From positions 1,408,001 through 1,472,000 of the forward strand of contig CBDETK010000013.1 of assembly GCA_965242865.1 (NCBI GenBank): a DNA stretch of 64,000 nucleotides, written 5' to 3'. The position numbers and the translations under genes were made by a program. Positions 39,250-49,857 of this stretch are shown one piece after another. Below the pieces are notes generated by a model that ran no database searches, had not been told where the DNA came from, and saw only the letters and a list, made by a program, of their open reading frames with translations. Origin of the DNA: Candidatus Latescibacterota bacterium (GTDB taxonomy: Bacteria > Latescibacterota > UBA2968 > UBA8231). The first letter of the stretch is position 1, and every line of letters begins with the position of its first letter.

Positions 39250-40176
39250 TCAGGCCCAGCGATAGGTCCTAGCCCCGCAACTGGAGACGCGGGCGAATTT
39301 CCAAGCCGTCAGCCACTCCGCACGGTCGCGCACCACGAGTTCGGGACGCTCTCGGCTGCGGACGAAAAGGCCCGGCAGGTGGGGCCGGCCATTGGGCTTG
39401 CGGGCGTCGTTCCAGCGCAAGTCCATGCTCCAGCGGATCGCGTCCGAGCGGTTGGGCTGGCTGCCGTGCGGGGTGCGGCAGTGCAGGGCAATAAGCCCGC
39501 CGCGTTGGACCGGGATGGCGATTGGGTCCCAAGGCGGCAGCTCTTCCGGGGCGATGGTGAAACTGCCGCCTTGGTCCGCGGGGGGGCGCACGTGCCGGCG
39601 CAACGGCTCTCGGTGGCAGCGCGGGTAAATCATCAGGGTGCCGTTTTCCTCGTCGGCATCGACTAGGGGAATCCAAGTGGTGACCACGAGGGTGTCATCG
39701 GCCTCGGGCAGCAACACCCCGAGGTCTTGGTGCCAAGCCGTCGAGCGCGCCCATTCGCTTTGCGAGAAGGCACCGGCGTACTCGGTGCTGGCCGGGACTT
39801 TGGCGCGGATGTGCTGGCAGGAGTTGGCGTAGATTTCCGGGCCGATCAGGGATTCGACCCGATCGAGCAGCCGGGGGTTGTGCAAAAAGGCGAAGATGTT
39901 AGGCCCCAGATTCGCGGGGAAATTGATGCCGGCCGAGGCGCTGGCGTCGGCTTTGGCGAGGGGAATCAAGCGCTTGGCAAACGGCAACTCCGCATAGTCG
40001 CGCGCTATTTTGCCGGCCGCCAGCAGGCGTTGGGCCGCTCGGTCGACGATGTCTTCCAGTTCCTCTTGCACTGGGTCCAAGTCTTCGGCGGCCAAGGCAT
40101 TGGGCACGTGGACGTAGCCCTCGGCGTGGAAGAATGCAAGTTGCTCCGAGCTGAGGCCGGGCATGGTGCGCGTCAA
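39250..40176 (-). CDS. Phytanoyl-CoA dioxygenase (PhyH) family protein
   Basis: FFHAEGY, WHQD, WIPLVDADEENG, TPHGSQPNRSD.IRWS. Confidence 0.85.
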   Translation of the reverse strand: MTRTMPGLSSEQLAFFHAEGYVHVPNALAAEDLDPVQEELEDIVDRAAQRLLAAGKIARDYAELPFAKRLIPLAKADASASAGINFPANLGPNIFAFLHNPRLLDRVESLIGPEIYANSCQHIRAKVPASTEYAGAFSQSEWARSTAWHQDLGVLLPEADDTLVVTTWIPLVDADEENGTLMIYPRCHREPLRRHVRPPADQGGSFTIAPEELPPWDPIAIPVQRGGLIALHCRTPHGSQPNRSDAIRWSMDLRWNDARKPNGRPHLPGLFVRSRERPELVVRDRAEWLTAWKFARVSSCGARTYRWA

Positions 40177-41099
40177 AAGGTGCCGATGAGCGATACCCGA
40201 TGGACTGGCCCCAAATCGAGCGAGGACGAGTAGGCGTAGTCAACCGCATAGCGGCGCATGGTCAGACCGGCCCCGGCGCTCAGGCCCACCGGCCCCTCGT
40301 CGCGGCTGCCGATGGATTGGGTGCTGTACCCGGGCCGGATGTAGAGGCCATCGGCGAGCTGGACTTCGAGGCCGAAGGCTAGATAGGAGTCATTGTCGTT
40401 GGGCAAGTTGAAATCGGCCACCAAGAGCGCCGGCACGGGCAGGTGCGCGAGGCGATGGGCCATCCCCAAGCGGATGTGGACCGGAAGCGAGTCCTTGAAG
40501 CCAGCCGTATAGCCCGACCGCACAAACCCGAGATTGGCGATGGCCGCGCCGAGGGTCGTGCCTTCAAGCGGGGCGTGGACGAGGAGGCCGAGATCAGCGA
40601 GATAAGCGTCCGCAGAAAACTCGGCCATGGTTGAATAGACGGCTTTTAGATTCGCGCCGAGGACCAGCCAGTCGGGACCGAGCGGTTGGGCAAAGGACAG
40701 ATAAGCGGCGAGATCGGTGGCCGAAAAGGTCCCCAAAACTTTTCCTTCCAAGTCGGTTTCCAGCAAGTCGCCGTGGGAGACGTAGTGGACGCTCAGAGCG
40801 TGGACGCGCGACCCCTTGGGGACGGCGATGGAGGCGAAGCCGGCTTGGGAATCGACGAAATAGCTGTTGTACGCCAGCGCGGCCGTGCGCTCGTCTAAGC
40901 CGGAAAGCCCGGCGGGATTCCAAGCCGATGACTCAATGGTGCCGGGCACGGCCGCATAGGCCCCACCGAGCGCGGCCGCGCGGGTGCCAACGCCGATTTT
41001 GAGAAAGTTGAAGCCCGTGGTGCCGGCGTTGGGGTTGATCGCCGCAGCGGGCGGCACGGTCGAAAGCAAGATGCAGGCCGCGAGGGCGCAGTATCGCAT
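40173..41099 (-). CDS. PorV/PorQ-family outer-membrane beta-barrel (T9SS-associated)
   Basis: FLKIGVGTRAAALGGAY...WNPAGL...GANLK...DYAY...HRVSL with C-terminal Phe. Confidence 0.8.
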   Translation of the reverse strand: MRYCALAACILLSTVPPAAAINPNAGTTGFNFLKIGVGTRAAALGGAYAAVPGTIESSAWNPAGLSGLDERTAALAYNSYFVDSQAGFASIAVPKGSRVHALSVHYVSHGDLLETDLEGKVLGTFSATDLAAYLSFAQPLGPDWLVLGANLKAVYSTMAEFSADAYLADLGLLVHAPLEGTTLGAAIANLGFVRSGYTAGFKDSLPVHIRLGMAHRLAHLPVPALLVADFNLPNDNDSYLAFGLEVQLADGLYIRPGYSTQSIGSRDEGPVGLSAGAGLTMRRYAVDYAYSSSLDLGPVHRVSLIGTF

Positions 41100-41122
41100 G
41101 GTTTGATCTCCGGTTTGCTCGC

Positions 41123-42568
<1,446 letters not shown>

Positions 42569-42571
42569 GAG

Positions 42572-42814
42572 CTAGGAGGCGGCTTGGTCTTTGTCTTTGT
42601 CGTTGGACTGGGCCTCGGTCTGGGCCGGCGGAGCCGCTGGCGGCGTGGGTTGCTTAGGGACCTCGATTTCGTCCTGCACGTCGCGCATGGCGCTGCGGAA
42701 CTCGCGGATGCCCTTGCCCAAGCCCTGAGCCATCTCCGGGATGCGCTTGGCGCCGAAGATGAGCAGAATGACGACGAAGATGATGAGTATTTCCCAATGG
42801 CCCATACCGAACAT
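42572..42814 (-). CDS. tatA: Twin-arginine translocase TatA
   Basis: GHWEILIIFVVILLIFGAKRIPEMAQGLGKGIREF. Confidence 0.92.
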   Translation of the reverse strand: MFGMGHWEILIIFVVILLIFGAKRIPEMAQGLGKGIREFRSAMRDVQDEIEVPKQPTPPAAPPAQTEAQSNDKDKDQAAS

Positions 42815-42838
42815 GGCTCTATCCCCCGGAAGATGGTT

Positions 42839-43120
42839 TTAATAGCTGTGGCGGAAGTAGTACCAGCCGACGAAGAGTCCCAACATAGTGATTAGGTTGA
42901 ACTTTAGCGACAGCTCAAACGAAAAGGACAGGATGATGAGGTTGAACATGTGCGGCCCAATGGAATACTCCACGTAGCGCAACAGGGCGAGCTCGACGAT
43001 GGTATCGGGGCCGACGAGGCCGATGAGGACGAACCGCAGCATCTCGCCGACGAGGTTGGCGCCGATCATACAGGTGAAGAGGATGAGGATCAGGTGGCTG
43101 AGGGGCTTGTCGTGCGGCAT
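42839..43120 (-). CDS. Small membrane protein (DUF4321-like)
   Basis: Two to three hydrophobic segments; FNL..LSFSFELSLKFNLITMLG. Confidence 0.55.
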   Translation of the reverse strand: MPHDKPLSHLILILFTCMIGANLVGEMLRFVLIGLVGPDTIVELALLRYVEYSIGPHMFNLIILSFSFELSLKFNLITMLGLFVGWYYFRHSY

Positions 43121-43126
43121 GATAAC

Positions 43127-43822
43127 TCAGGCGTGTTGCGTGACGTCGCCGTGCAAGAGCCGGAAGATCCAGCGACACGGCCCGGAGAAGACATACACGA
43201 GGATCATAGGAAAGAAAAAGAGGCCGTCGTAAATGATCAGCCCGACCGTGGCGATGAAGTAAAGCTGCTTGAAGCGGTCGCTCAAGGAAGTGCCGCGAAA
43301 GTTGGGAACGCTGTCGTACGAGAGCCGACTCACCATCAGGAGAGACAGCACCAAAATCAGGAGCACGGCCAGCGGCGTGGCGTGGGGAATGGGCCAGGCT
43401 TTGACAAAGACCACGTATTGGGTGAGGCAGACCGCGGCCGTGGGAATGGCCAACCCCATGTAAAATTCGCCGCGCTCGCCCTCTAGACTAAGCGCGTTGA
43501 AGCGGGCGAGACGCATGGTGCCGCACAACAGGTATGCAAAGGCCAGCGCCAGCCCCCAGCCGGTTGGCAGGTGGGCCTGATAGACGATGGCCGCGGGGAC
43601 AATGCCAAAGGTGCAAGCATCGACGATGGAGTCGAAGTGAAGCCCAAACGGGGAATCGCGCCCCATGACCCGGGCGAGTTGACCGTCCATTTTGTCGAGG
43701 ACCGCGCCCAAGAAGATGAGCCAAGCGGCTGGTACATAGCTGCCGTTGAAGGCGTAGTGCAGGGCGAGGAACCCGCAGAACAAGTTGCCGATGGTGAACG
43801 CGTTGGGTATGAACTGCCTCAT
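43127..43822 (-). CDS. pssA: CDP-diacylglycerol--serine O-phosphatidyltransferase
   Basis: IPNAFTIGN, D..DG..AR...S.FG..FDS..D...FG, RLARFN. Confidence 0.85.
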   Translation of the reverse strand: MRQFIPNAFTIGNLFCGFLALHYAFNGSYVPAAWLIFLGAVLDKMDGQLARVMGRDSPFGLHFDSIVDACTFGIVPAAIVYQAHLPTGWGLALAFAYLLCGTMRLARFNALSLEGERGEFYMGLAIPTAAVCLTQYVVFVKAWPIPHATPLAVLLILVLSLLMVSRLSYDSVPNFRGTSLSDRFKQLYFIATVGLIIYDGLFFFPMILVYVFSGPCRWIFRLLHGDVTQHA

Positions 43823-43841
43823 TTTTGCATCCTTCTCGTCG

Positions 43842-44978
43842 CTAGCGGCGCGTCCGGTGGGGACGCTCTTCAAGGGTTAGGTCTAGGGTGTAGGGCTCGT
43901 TGTGGCGCACCACCTCTAGGGCGGCCACTTCGCCGACTCGCAAGACGCGCAGCGCGTGAATGGCTTCGTCGGCGTTGGCGATTGGCTCGTGGTTGATCGC
44001 GACGATCACATCGCCGCTTTCGAGGCCGGCCCGCTCGGCCGGACTGTCGCGGGTGATTCGGACGACTAAGGCTCCAGCGGTGGAAGCGAGCTTTAGGTAC
44101 TCGGCTAGATTCGCGGTGATGTCTTGGACAGCTAGGATGCCGGTCCAAGCGCGGCGCACTTGGCCGTGCTGGCGAATTTCCTCCAGGAAGCTGGCGGCCG
44201 TGTCAATGGGAATGGCGAAGCCAATGCCGATAGAGCCGCTGTCGTACTCGCTGCCGGTGTAGATGAAGCTGTTGATGCCTATGACTTGGCCATCGGCATT
44301 GACGAGAGGACCGCCGCTGTTGCCCCTGTTAATGGCTGCATCGGTCTGAATCATGTCTCGATAGTAGTAGTCGCCTTGGGGTTCGGAAAAATCGCGATCT
44401 AGGGCACTGACGACGCCGATGCTGACGGTAGGCCCCAAATCGAAGGGATTGCCGATGGCAATGGCCCATTCGCCGACCAGAATATCGCCCGAAGTCCCCA
44501 GCGGCGCAACCGGCAGGTTGCCGTCATCTACCTTGAGAACCGCGAGGTCAAAGTTGAAGTCTGAGGCCACGTAGCGGGCCTCAAAGGTGCGGCCGTCGGG
44601 CGCGGACAGCGAGGCCGTGATCTTCTGTACATGGCGTGGGTCGCCGACGACGTGGCTGTTGGTGAGAATGTAGCCCTCGCCATCGACGACAAATCCCGAG
44701 CCGGTAGAGGTGCGGTATTGATCTTGGGGCACGTAGTAGAACGGCGAGAAAAAGTTCCAATACGGGTCGCGCGGCCGGTACAGGCTATAGGCGCGCTGTC
44801 GGTAGCGCACATAGAGGCTGACGACGGCCGGCTGCACCCGCTCTACGGCCTGCACTACGGCGGTGCGGCGCGATTGGCTAATGGACGCGCCGGCCGAGTT
44901 CAGGGCCAATGCCAGCAGAGCGAGGGACCAGATAAAGGGCAAGAGCGCACCTCGGGAAATGAATTTTGCCAACGACAA
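43842..44978 (-). CDS. HtrA/DegP-like trypsin protease with PDZ domain
   Basis: GSGF, LTNSHVV, DLAVLK, IQTDAAINRGNSGGPL; C-terminal PDZ domain. Confidence 0.92.
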   Translation of the reverse strand: MSLAKFISRGALLPFIWSLALLALALNSAGASISQSRRTAVVQAVERVQPAVVSLYVRYRQRAYSLYRPRDPYWNFFSPFYYVPQDQYRTSTGSGFVVDGEGYILTNSHVVGDPRHVQKITASLSAPDGRTFEARYVASDFNFDLAVLKVDDGNLPVAPLGTSGDILVGEWAIAIGNPFDLGPTVSIGVVSALDRDFSEPQGDYYYRDMIQTDAAINRGNSGGPLVNADGQVIGINSFIYTGSEYDSGSIGIGFAIPIDTAASFLEEIRQHGQVRRAWTGILAVQDITANLAEYLKLASTAGALVVRITRDSPAERAGLESGDVIVAINHEPIANADEAIHALRVLRVGEVAALEVVRHNEPYTLDLTLEERPHRTRR

Positions 44979-45043
44979 AACGTAGAAATTATATAATCAT
45001 CATACCCATAGGTTGCAAGTAGTACGCGCCGCTCTTTGATCTA

Positions 45044-45198
45044 GTTGGGGCGGCCCTCCGTACCTACCCGTAAGAATTTCGTTGGGGCGGCCCTCCGTAC
45101 CTGCCCGTAAGAATTTCGTTGGGGCAGGCCTCCGTACCTGCCCGTAAGAATTTCGTTGGGGCAGGCCTCCGTTGGGGCAGGCCCCCGTGCCTGCCCGT
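45044..45198. repeat. Tandem REP-like array (three 37-bp units plus partial copies)
   Basis: GTTGGGGC(GGC/AGG)CCTCCGTACCT(A/G)CCCGTAAGAATTTC at 45044, 45081 and 45118; partial copies at 45155 and 45171; hairpin GGGCAGG/CCTGCCC. Confidence 0.85.
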
Positions 45199-45633
45199 TA
45201 CAGCGGCAAACTTAGCACCAGCGGTTAGCGAATGAACGAGACGATGGTTAAGCATTTCATATCAGGCAGGGGCTTTGCTGTGGGGCAAAACCCTGTTGGG
45301 TGCTTGGAATCGTCGTCGGATTTAATATATCGTAAGTCCTTGAAAAATAATAACCTAACCCCCTCCCGAAAATTCTCCGCTAGCACCAAGCACTAAACTC
45401 TCTACTTCTCAGCATCGGCCGACGGATCGTGTGCGACCATTGGGCGTCGCGTCGGTCTGGCCGCGTGGCCCCAAACCGCACGCGGCCGGTCGGCCTTCGT
45501 CTGTACGCCGTGTTCTTAGGCTGGGGTCCTGTCCAAGTCTCGCCCTAGGATGCGCCCCGCCGCTTTTGGGGCGTCATGCCCCTCTTCCACACCTCCATAC
45601 CATTTCTTCCCAAACCATACAAAGGAGCAAAAC

Positions 45634-46344
45634 ATGCCTTCGTTGAAATCGATAAAACCCCTGCTTGCGTTCGTCCTTTTGGGCATCGTCGGTGCTTGGA
45701 TGGGCTGTTCGGACTCCGCGCCGGTGGCCTCTCGTCCGGCGGGCAAAGCCACCTGTTCCTTATGCGAATTCTTGGGCGACGACACCTATACCGCTACCGA
45801 CGGGCTGCCCGCCCCGGAAAACCCCGACACCACCCAAACCGACGCCGACGCCGATAGCACCCAAGCGGCCACCGTGGAGTTTGCCGACGCCAATCTGGAG
45901 CGGTGTATGCGGGAAGCGTTGGATCGCCCGGCAGGGCCGCTGACCCCGGCGGACTTGGCGGCCCTGACCGAACTCGACGCGAGCTATAAGAACATTGAGA
46001 GCGTGGCCGGCCTCCAACACGCGACAGCACTAGACACGTTGGAGCTAAATAACAACTCGATTGCGAGTGTGGATTCGTTGAGACGCCTAACCAATATGAC
46101 AAGGATGACGCTACGCAACAACCAGATTGTGAGTGTGGATTCGTTGAAACACCTAACCAATATGACACTTCTGGATCTACAAAACAACCAGATTACGGAT
46201 GCGAGTCCGTTGATCCCCATAGCTGAGGCGCAAGGCTTGAGCTTGTGGATATATCTGACGAACAATCCCCTCAGCCAAGCATCAAAAACCACACACATCC
46301 CCGCCATGCAGGCCGTCGGCACCACGGTTCAATATTCCCCCTAA
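45634..46344 (+). CDS. Internalin-like leucine-rich-repeat lipoprotein
   Basis: AAGGAG RBS; lipobox-like WMGC; FADANLE cap; LxxLxLxNNxI repeats; NNPLS. Confidence 0.8.
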   Translation: MPSLKSIKPLLAFVLLGIVGAWMGCSDSAPVASRPAGKATCSLCEFLGDDTYTATDGLPAPENPDTTQTDADADSTQAATVEFADANLERCMREALDRPAGPLTPADLAALTELDASYKNIESVAGLQHATALDTLELNNNSIASVDSLRRLTNMTRMTLRNNQIVSVDSLKHLTNMTLLDLQNNQITDASPLIPIAEAQGLSLWIYLTNNPLSQASKTTHIPAMQAVGTTVQYSP

Positions 46345-46435
46345 GGATGAGGCCAGCGAGGCGATTAGCACGGTTATCGGCTTAGTGCGGAGGCTGTTGT
46401 CCCCAGCGTCCGGGCTGGAGGGCGTCGCGCTGGGG

Positions 46436-46741
46436 CTAGTCCGGCAAGAGGCCGCCTAGGCGAAGGAGCGCGTCAAAGCGGTCGTTTTTGGCGGCCTTGT
46501 TCTTTTTGATCATGCCGCACTCGGTGCAGCGGTGGACGAGGACGTACTCGCCGCGTTTGATGGTAAATCCCACCGGCTCCATTGAGCCGCGACACCGCGC
46601 TGCGCGATCGCCCGGATGTACATCGACGTGTTGGCTCCAAAGGCATTCGGGGCAGTGATTGGTGTAGCCATTGCCCTGCGCGAAAAAGCCACAATGGACG
46701 CAGGTAAAATTTTCAAGACGCCGCTGGAATTTCCTGCCCAT
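46436..46741 (-). CDS. RNHCP-domain zinc-binding protein
   Basis: FTCVHCG, TNHCPECLWSQHVD..PGDR..C, HRCTECG. Confidence 0.8.
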   Translation of the reverse strand: MGRKFQRRLENFTCVHCGFFAQGNGYTNHCPECLWSQHVDVHPGDRAARCRGSMEPVGFTIKRGEYVLVHRCTECGMIKKNKAAKNDRFDALLRLGGLLPD

Positions 46742-46746
46742 TTAGA

Positions 46747-47496
46747 CTAGCCCATTTCCGCGCTCGCGGGGTATGCCACCCACAACAGGCACAGGCCACG
46801 CGCTGGGGCGGTGGCACCGGCTGCGGTGCGGTCGCCGCTGGCGAGCAGCTCGCCCATGGCCGTTGCCGGCCGCACGCCGCGGCCGATTTCGACCATCGTG
46901 CCGACGAGGATCCGCACCATGTGGCGGAGGAAGCGGTTGGCCTCAATTTCAAAGACCAGCTCGGGGCCGCGTTGGAACCAAGCCGCGTCAAAGACGCGAC
47001 AGGTCTGATGTTCGGGGATGGGGTCTTGCTTGCAAAAGGCCCCGAAAGAGTGGGAGCCGCACAGCGCACGCGCCGCCGCGACCATGGGCGCCAAAGATAG
47101 CTTTGGATAATAGGTCCACACCTGAGCGCGGTTGACCGCGGCCTTGCCTTGGTGAATGCGGTAGCGATAGCACTTGCGGGTCGCGCTGTAGCGAGCGTGG
47201 AAGTCGGCGGCGACTTCGTCGGCCATGCACACGGCAATGTCTGGGGGCAATAGGCCGTTGAGGCCGCGGACTAACCGGTCGGCGGGCAGCGCGGCCTCGG
47301 TCTGGAAATGAGCCACCTGCCCGAGGGCATGGGTCCCGGCGTCCGTGCGCCCCGCGCCGATCAGGCGAGTTGGTGCTTTGAGTAGGATACACAGGGCTTG
47401 TTCGAGCGTGTCTTGCACGGTGCGACCGCTCTTTTGGCACTGCCAACCGGCAAAGTGGGTGCCGTCGTATTCGAGCACCAAGCGCAGCGTCCGCAT
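46747..47496 (-). CDS. truA: tRNA pseudouridine(38-40) synthase
   Basis: EYDGT.F.GWQ, AGRTDAGTHA.GQ, FHARYSA, FLRHMVR, TAPARGL. Confidence 0.95.
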   Translation of the reverse strand: MRTLRLVLEYDGTHFAGWQCQKSGRTVQDTLEQALCILLKAPTRLIGAGRTDAGTHALGQVAHFQTEAALPADRLVRGLNGLLPPDIAVCMADEVAADFHARYSATRKCYRYRIHQGKAAVNRAQVWTYYPKLSLAPMVAAARALCGSHSFGAFCKQDPIPEHQTCRVFDAAWFQRGPELVFEIEANRFLRHMVRILVGTMVEIGRGVRPATAMGELLASGDRTAAGATAPARGLCLLWVAYPASAEMG

Positions 47497-47500
47497 CGCC

Positions 47501-48298
47501 CTAGTGCAGATAGTACACGAACGCGACCAAGCCTAGGGCGGCCAAGGCGGCTAGGCCGTCGGCGCGGCCAAAGCGCAACGGGCGATAGTGCGTGCGCGTC
47601 GTCCCGCAGGTGTAGCACTGGCTTTCCATGGCCAAGGCGAGGCGGTCGGCGCGGCTACAGGCCGCCACGAGGAGGGGCACGAGCAAGGGGACGAGGCTTT
47701 TGATGCGGCGCAGAAACGGGCCGCTAAAGTCGGCTCCGCGCGCCAATTGGGCTTTGTGCAGACGCTCGGCTTCGTCGAGGAGCACGGGAATAAACCGCAG
47801 GGCAATGGCGATCATCAGGGCCAGATCGCCGGCCGGAAAGCCGAAGCGGCGCAAGGGACTGAAGAGGTGCTGGAGCCCGCTGGTTATTTCCATCGGCGCG
47901 GTGGTCAGGGTCAACAGGGTAGCAGCGACAATGGCCGCGGCCAGCCGCGCCGTAAAGAAGGCCCCTAAGCGCAGGCCCTCGGCCGTCAGCGCGTGCTCAA
48001 AAGGCCCCGACAAAATGGCCCGACCCGGCGTGAGCAGCGCGTGGAGACCAAAGGTGAACAGGAAGAGCCACGCAAAGGTCTTGAGCTGGCGCAGCATGAG
48101 GCGCGCCGGCACCCGCGCCAAGACGGTGGCCAAAAGCAGGAAGGCCCCCAGTAGCAGCAGGGCGAGTGCATTGGGTGCTGCAAAGGCCGCCAGCGTCAGC
48201 GCGCCAACGGCCCCCAGCTTGGTGCGCGGGTCGAGGCGATGGATCGGGGAATCGAGCGCGATGTAGCGGCCGAGCGCGATGTCCTGCAAAAAGGCCAC
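47501..48298 (-). CDS. ecfT: ECF transporter transmembrane component T
   Basis: SPIHRLDPRTK, IALRFIP, KAQLARG, LALAMES. Confidence 0.85.
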   Translation of the reverse strand: MAFLQDIALGRYIALDSPIHRLDPRTKLGAVGALTLAAFAAPNALALLLLGAFLLLATVLARVPARLMLRQLKTFAWLFLFTFGLHALLTPGRAILSGPFEHALTAEGLRLGAFFTARLAAAIVAATLLTLTTAPMEITSGLQHLFSPLRRFGFPAGDLALMIAIALRFIPVLLDEAERLHKAQLARGADFSGPFLRRIKSLVPLLVPLLVAACSRADRLALAMESQCYTCGTTRTHYRPLRFGRADGLAALAALGLVAFVYYLH

Positions 48299-48301
48299 GG
48301 G

Positions 48302-49267
48302 CTAGGGCAAGAAGCGGTTGGTAAAAACCGCGCCCGCTTGTACGACGCCTTCTTCGATCAGGCCGACGGTCACCATTTGTTCCACTAGCTCCTGCCAGCG
48401 CTCTAGGGTCATGCTGCCGAGGCCGTTTTGTTGGGCTACGGGGTCGAGAATCATGGCGATGGATTCGGCCGCGCCATAAGCCAGAATGTCCATACCCATC
48501 TCGGGGTTGAGCGCGTTGATATGTCGGTTGGTCGCCTCGGGCTCGGCGAGGTATTGCTCCCATCCTTTGACGCTGGCGCGGACCATCGCCCCGACGAGTT
48601 CGGGCTCGGCCTTGACGCGCTCTTCAGTGGTGATGAGCACACTGGCATAGGGATTGAAGCCGGTGTCGGCTACGAGCAGGGCCTTGGGGTTGGCCCCCTT
48701 GGCCTTGGCGACAAACGGCTCGCTAAAGACGTAGCCCTGCTGGGCGAAATTCTCGTCGGCGAGGAATTGGGCCACATTGCCGGGGTAGGGGACGATGGTG
48801 ACGCCTTCAAATGGGTATTTCCAGCGCAGATAGTGCGAGAAGGCCGGGCGTTGGGCTAGGGCCAACGTGATGTTGTTGATTTGGGCGATGGAATCGATGC
48901 CCGCGCTCTCGTGGACCATGATGCAGTGCGGGCTGATCTGGTAGGAAGCCATGAGCGCGACCACCGGGATTTGTTGGGCGCGGGCGTAGAGGATGTCGTC
49001 GGCGTTGACGATGCCAAAGGCCACCGCACCGGTTGCCACGCGCTGGACGACCGGCGCGTCCGGGCCGCCGCCGAGGATTTCGACCTCAACGCCGCTTTCT
49101 GCGTAGTATCCGTGGACAGCCGCCGCGTACAAGCCGCCGTGCTCGGCTTCCGGGAACCAGTTGAGCGCGACTTGGACGGCGGGCGGGGCTTCGGCTGAAG
49201 GTGCTTCTTCCTTAGCGGCGCAGGCGATTAGTACGAGGCTAGCTAGCAGTGCGTAAGTCGGTAGCAT
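48302..49267 (-). CDS. ABC transporter substrate-binding lipoprotein (NMT1/THI5-like)
   Basis: Lipobox LIAC; LNWFPEAEHGG.Y.A...GYY; GYVFSEP. Confidence 0.85.
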   Translation of the reverse strand: MLPTYALLASLVLIACAAKEEAPSAEAPPAVQVALNWFPEAEHGGLYAAAVHGYYAESGVEVEILGGGPDAPVVQRVATGAVAFGIVNADDILYARAQQIPVVALMASYQISPHCIMVHESAGIDSIAQINNITLALAQRPAFSHYLRWKYPFEGVTIVPYPGNVAQFLADENFAQQGYVFSEPFVAKAKGANPKALLVADTGFNPYASVLITTEERVKAEPELVGAMVRASVKGWEQYLAEPEATNRHINALNPEMGMDILAYGAAESIAMILDPVAQQNGLGSMTLERWQELVEQMVTVGLIEEGVVQAGAVFTNRFLP

Positions 49268-49438
49268 GACGAGACTCCGTGGTTTAGAAGGTTTTGAAAA
49301 CTCTTGAGCGGCTGTCGCCGCTGTATCCGCAACGGGGCTTGTTCAAGCGATTCGTCAAAGCGAATGACGCGGCTCTGGCTGCGCTCTCCTCGGCGGCCAT
49401 TTCGCGCTTTGAGCTCATTTTTTAGTTACTTTCTCTGT

Positions 49439-49750
49439 ATGTATGAGGTCGTCGTCAAGCGTAGCCTCCTCAAAAGCATCGAGAAGATGCCCCAGCCTAT
49501 CCAGCGCAAGATGGCAAACGTCTTTGAGACTGAATGGTATCGCCAGATTAAATTGAGCATGACTCCCGGCGATAATCTCAAAATTTATCGGGACAATCGC
49601 GGCTGGACTCAAGCTCAGTTGGGCGACAAGCTAGGCGGCCTACCGCGGCAGCACATTTCCAACATGGAACGGGGCGTGCGCCCTATCAGCAAAAACATGG
49701 CGAAAAGACTCGCGCTGATTTTTGCGGTCCCTCCAAGCAAGTTTATCTGA
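49439..49750 (+). CDS. XRE HTH antitoxin-like protein fused to a RelE-like toxin N-terminal fragment
   Basis: MYEVVVKRSLLKSIEKMPQPIQRKMA (RelE-like start) joined to NVFETEWY...TPGDNLKIYRDNRGWTQAQLG...ISNMERG.RPI (XRE). Confidence 0.65.
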   Translation: MYEVVVKRSLLKSIEKMPQPIQRKMANVFETEWYRQIKLSMTPGDNLKIYRDNRGWTQAQLGDKLGGLPRQHISNMERGVRPISKNMAKRLALIFAVPPSKFI

Positions 49751-49857
49751 CTGCTATCGCTCGTCGGCATAGCTGACGGCGTGGGACAGCCACTGTTGCG
49801 GCGTCCGGCCAGCAAGACGCGCTCGCGTTCCGAATTGAACTGAAATTACGCGGTGGC

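Noticed and set aside
45044-45198. Possible CRISPR array
   Set aside because: The 37-bp units are head-to-tail with identical linkers and no unique spacers; this is a REP-like tandem repeat.
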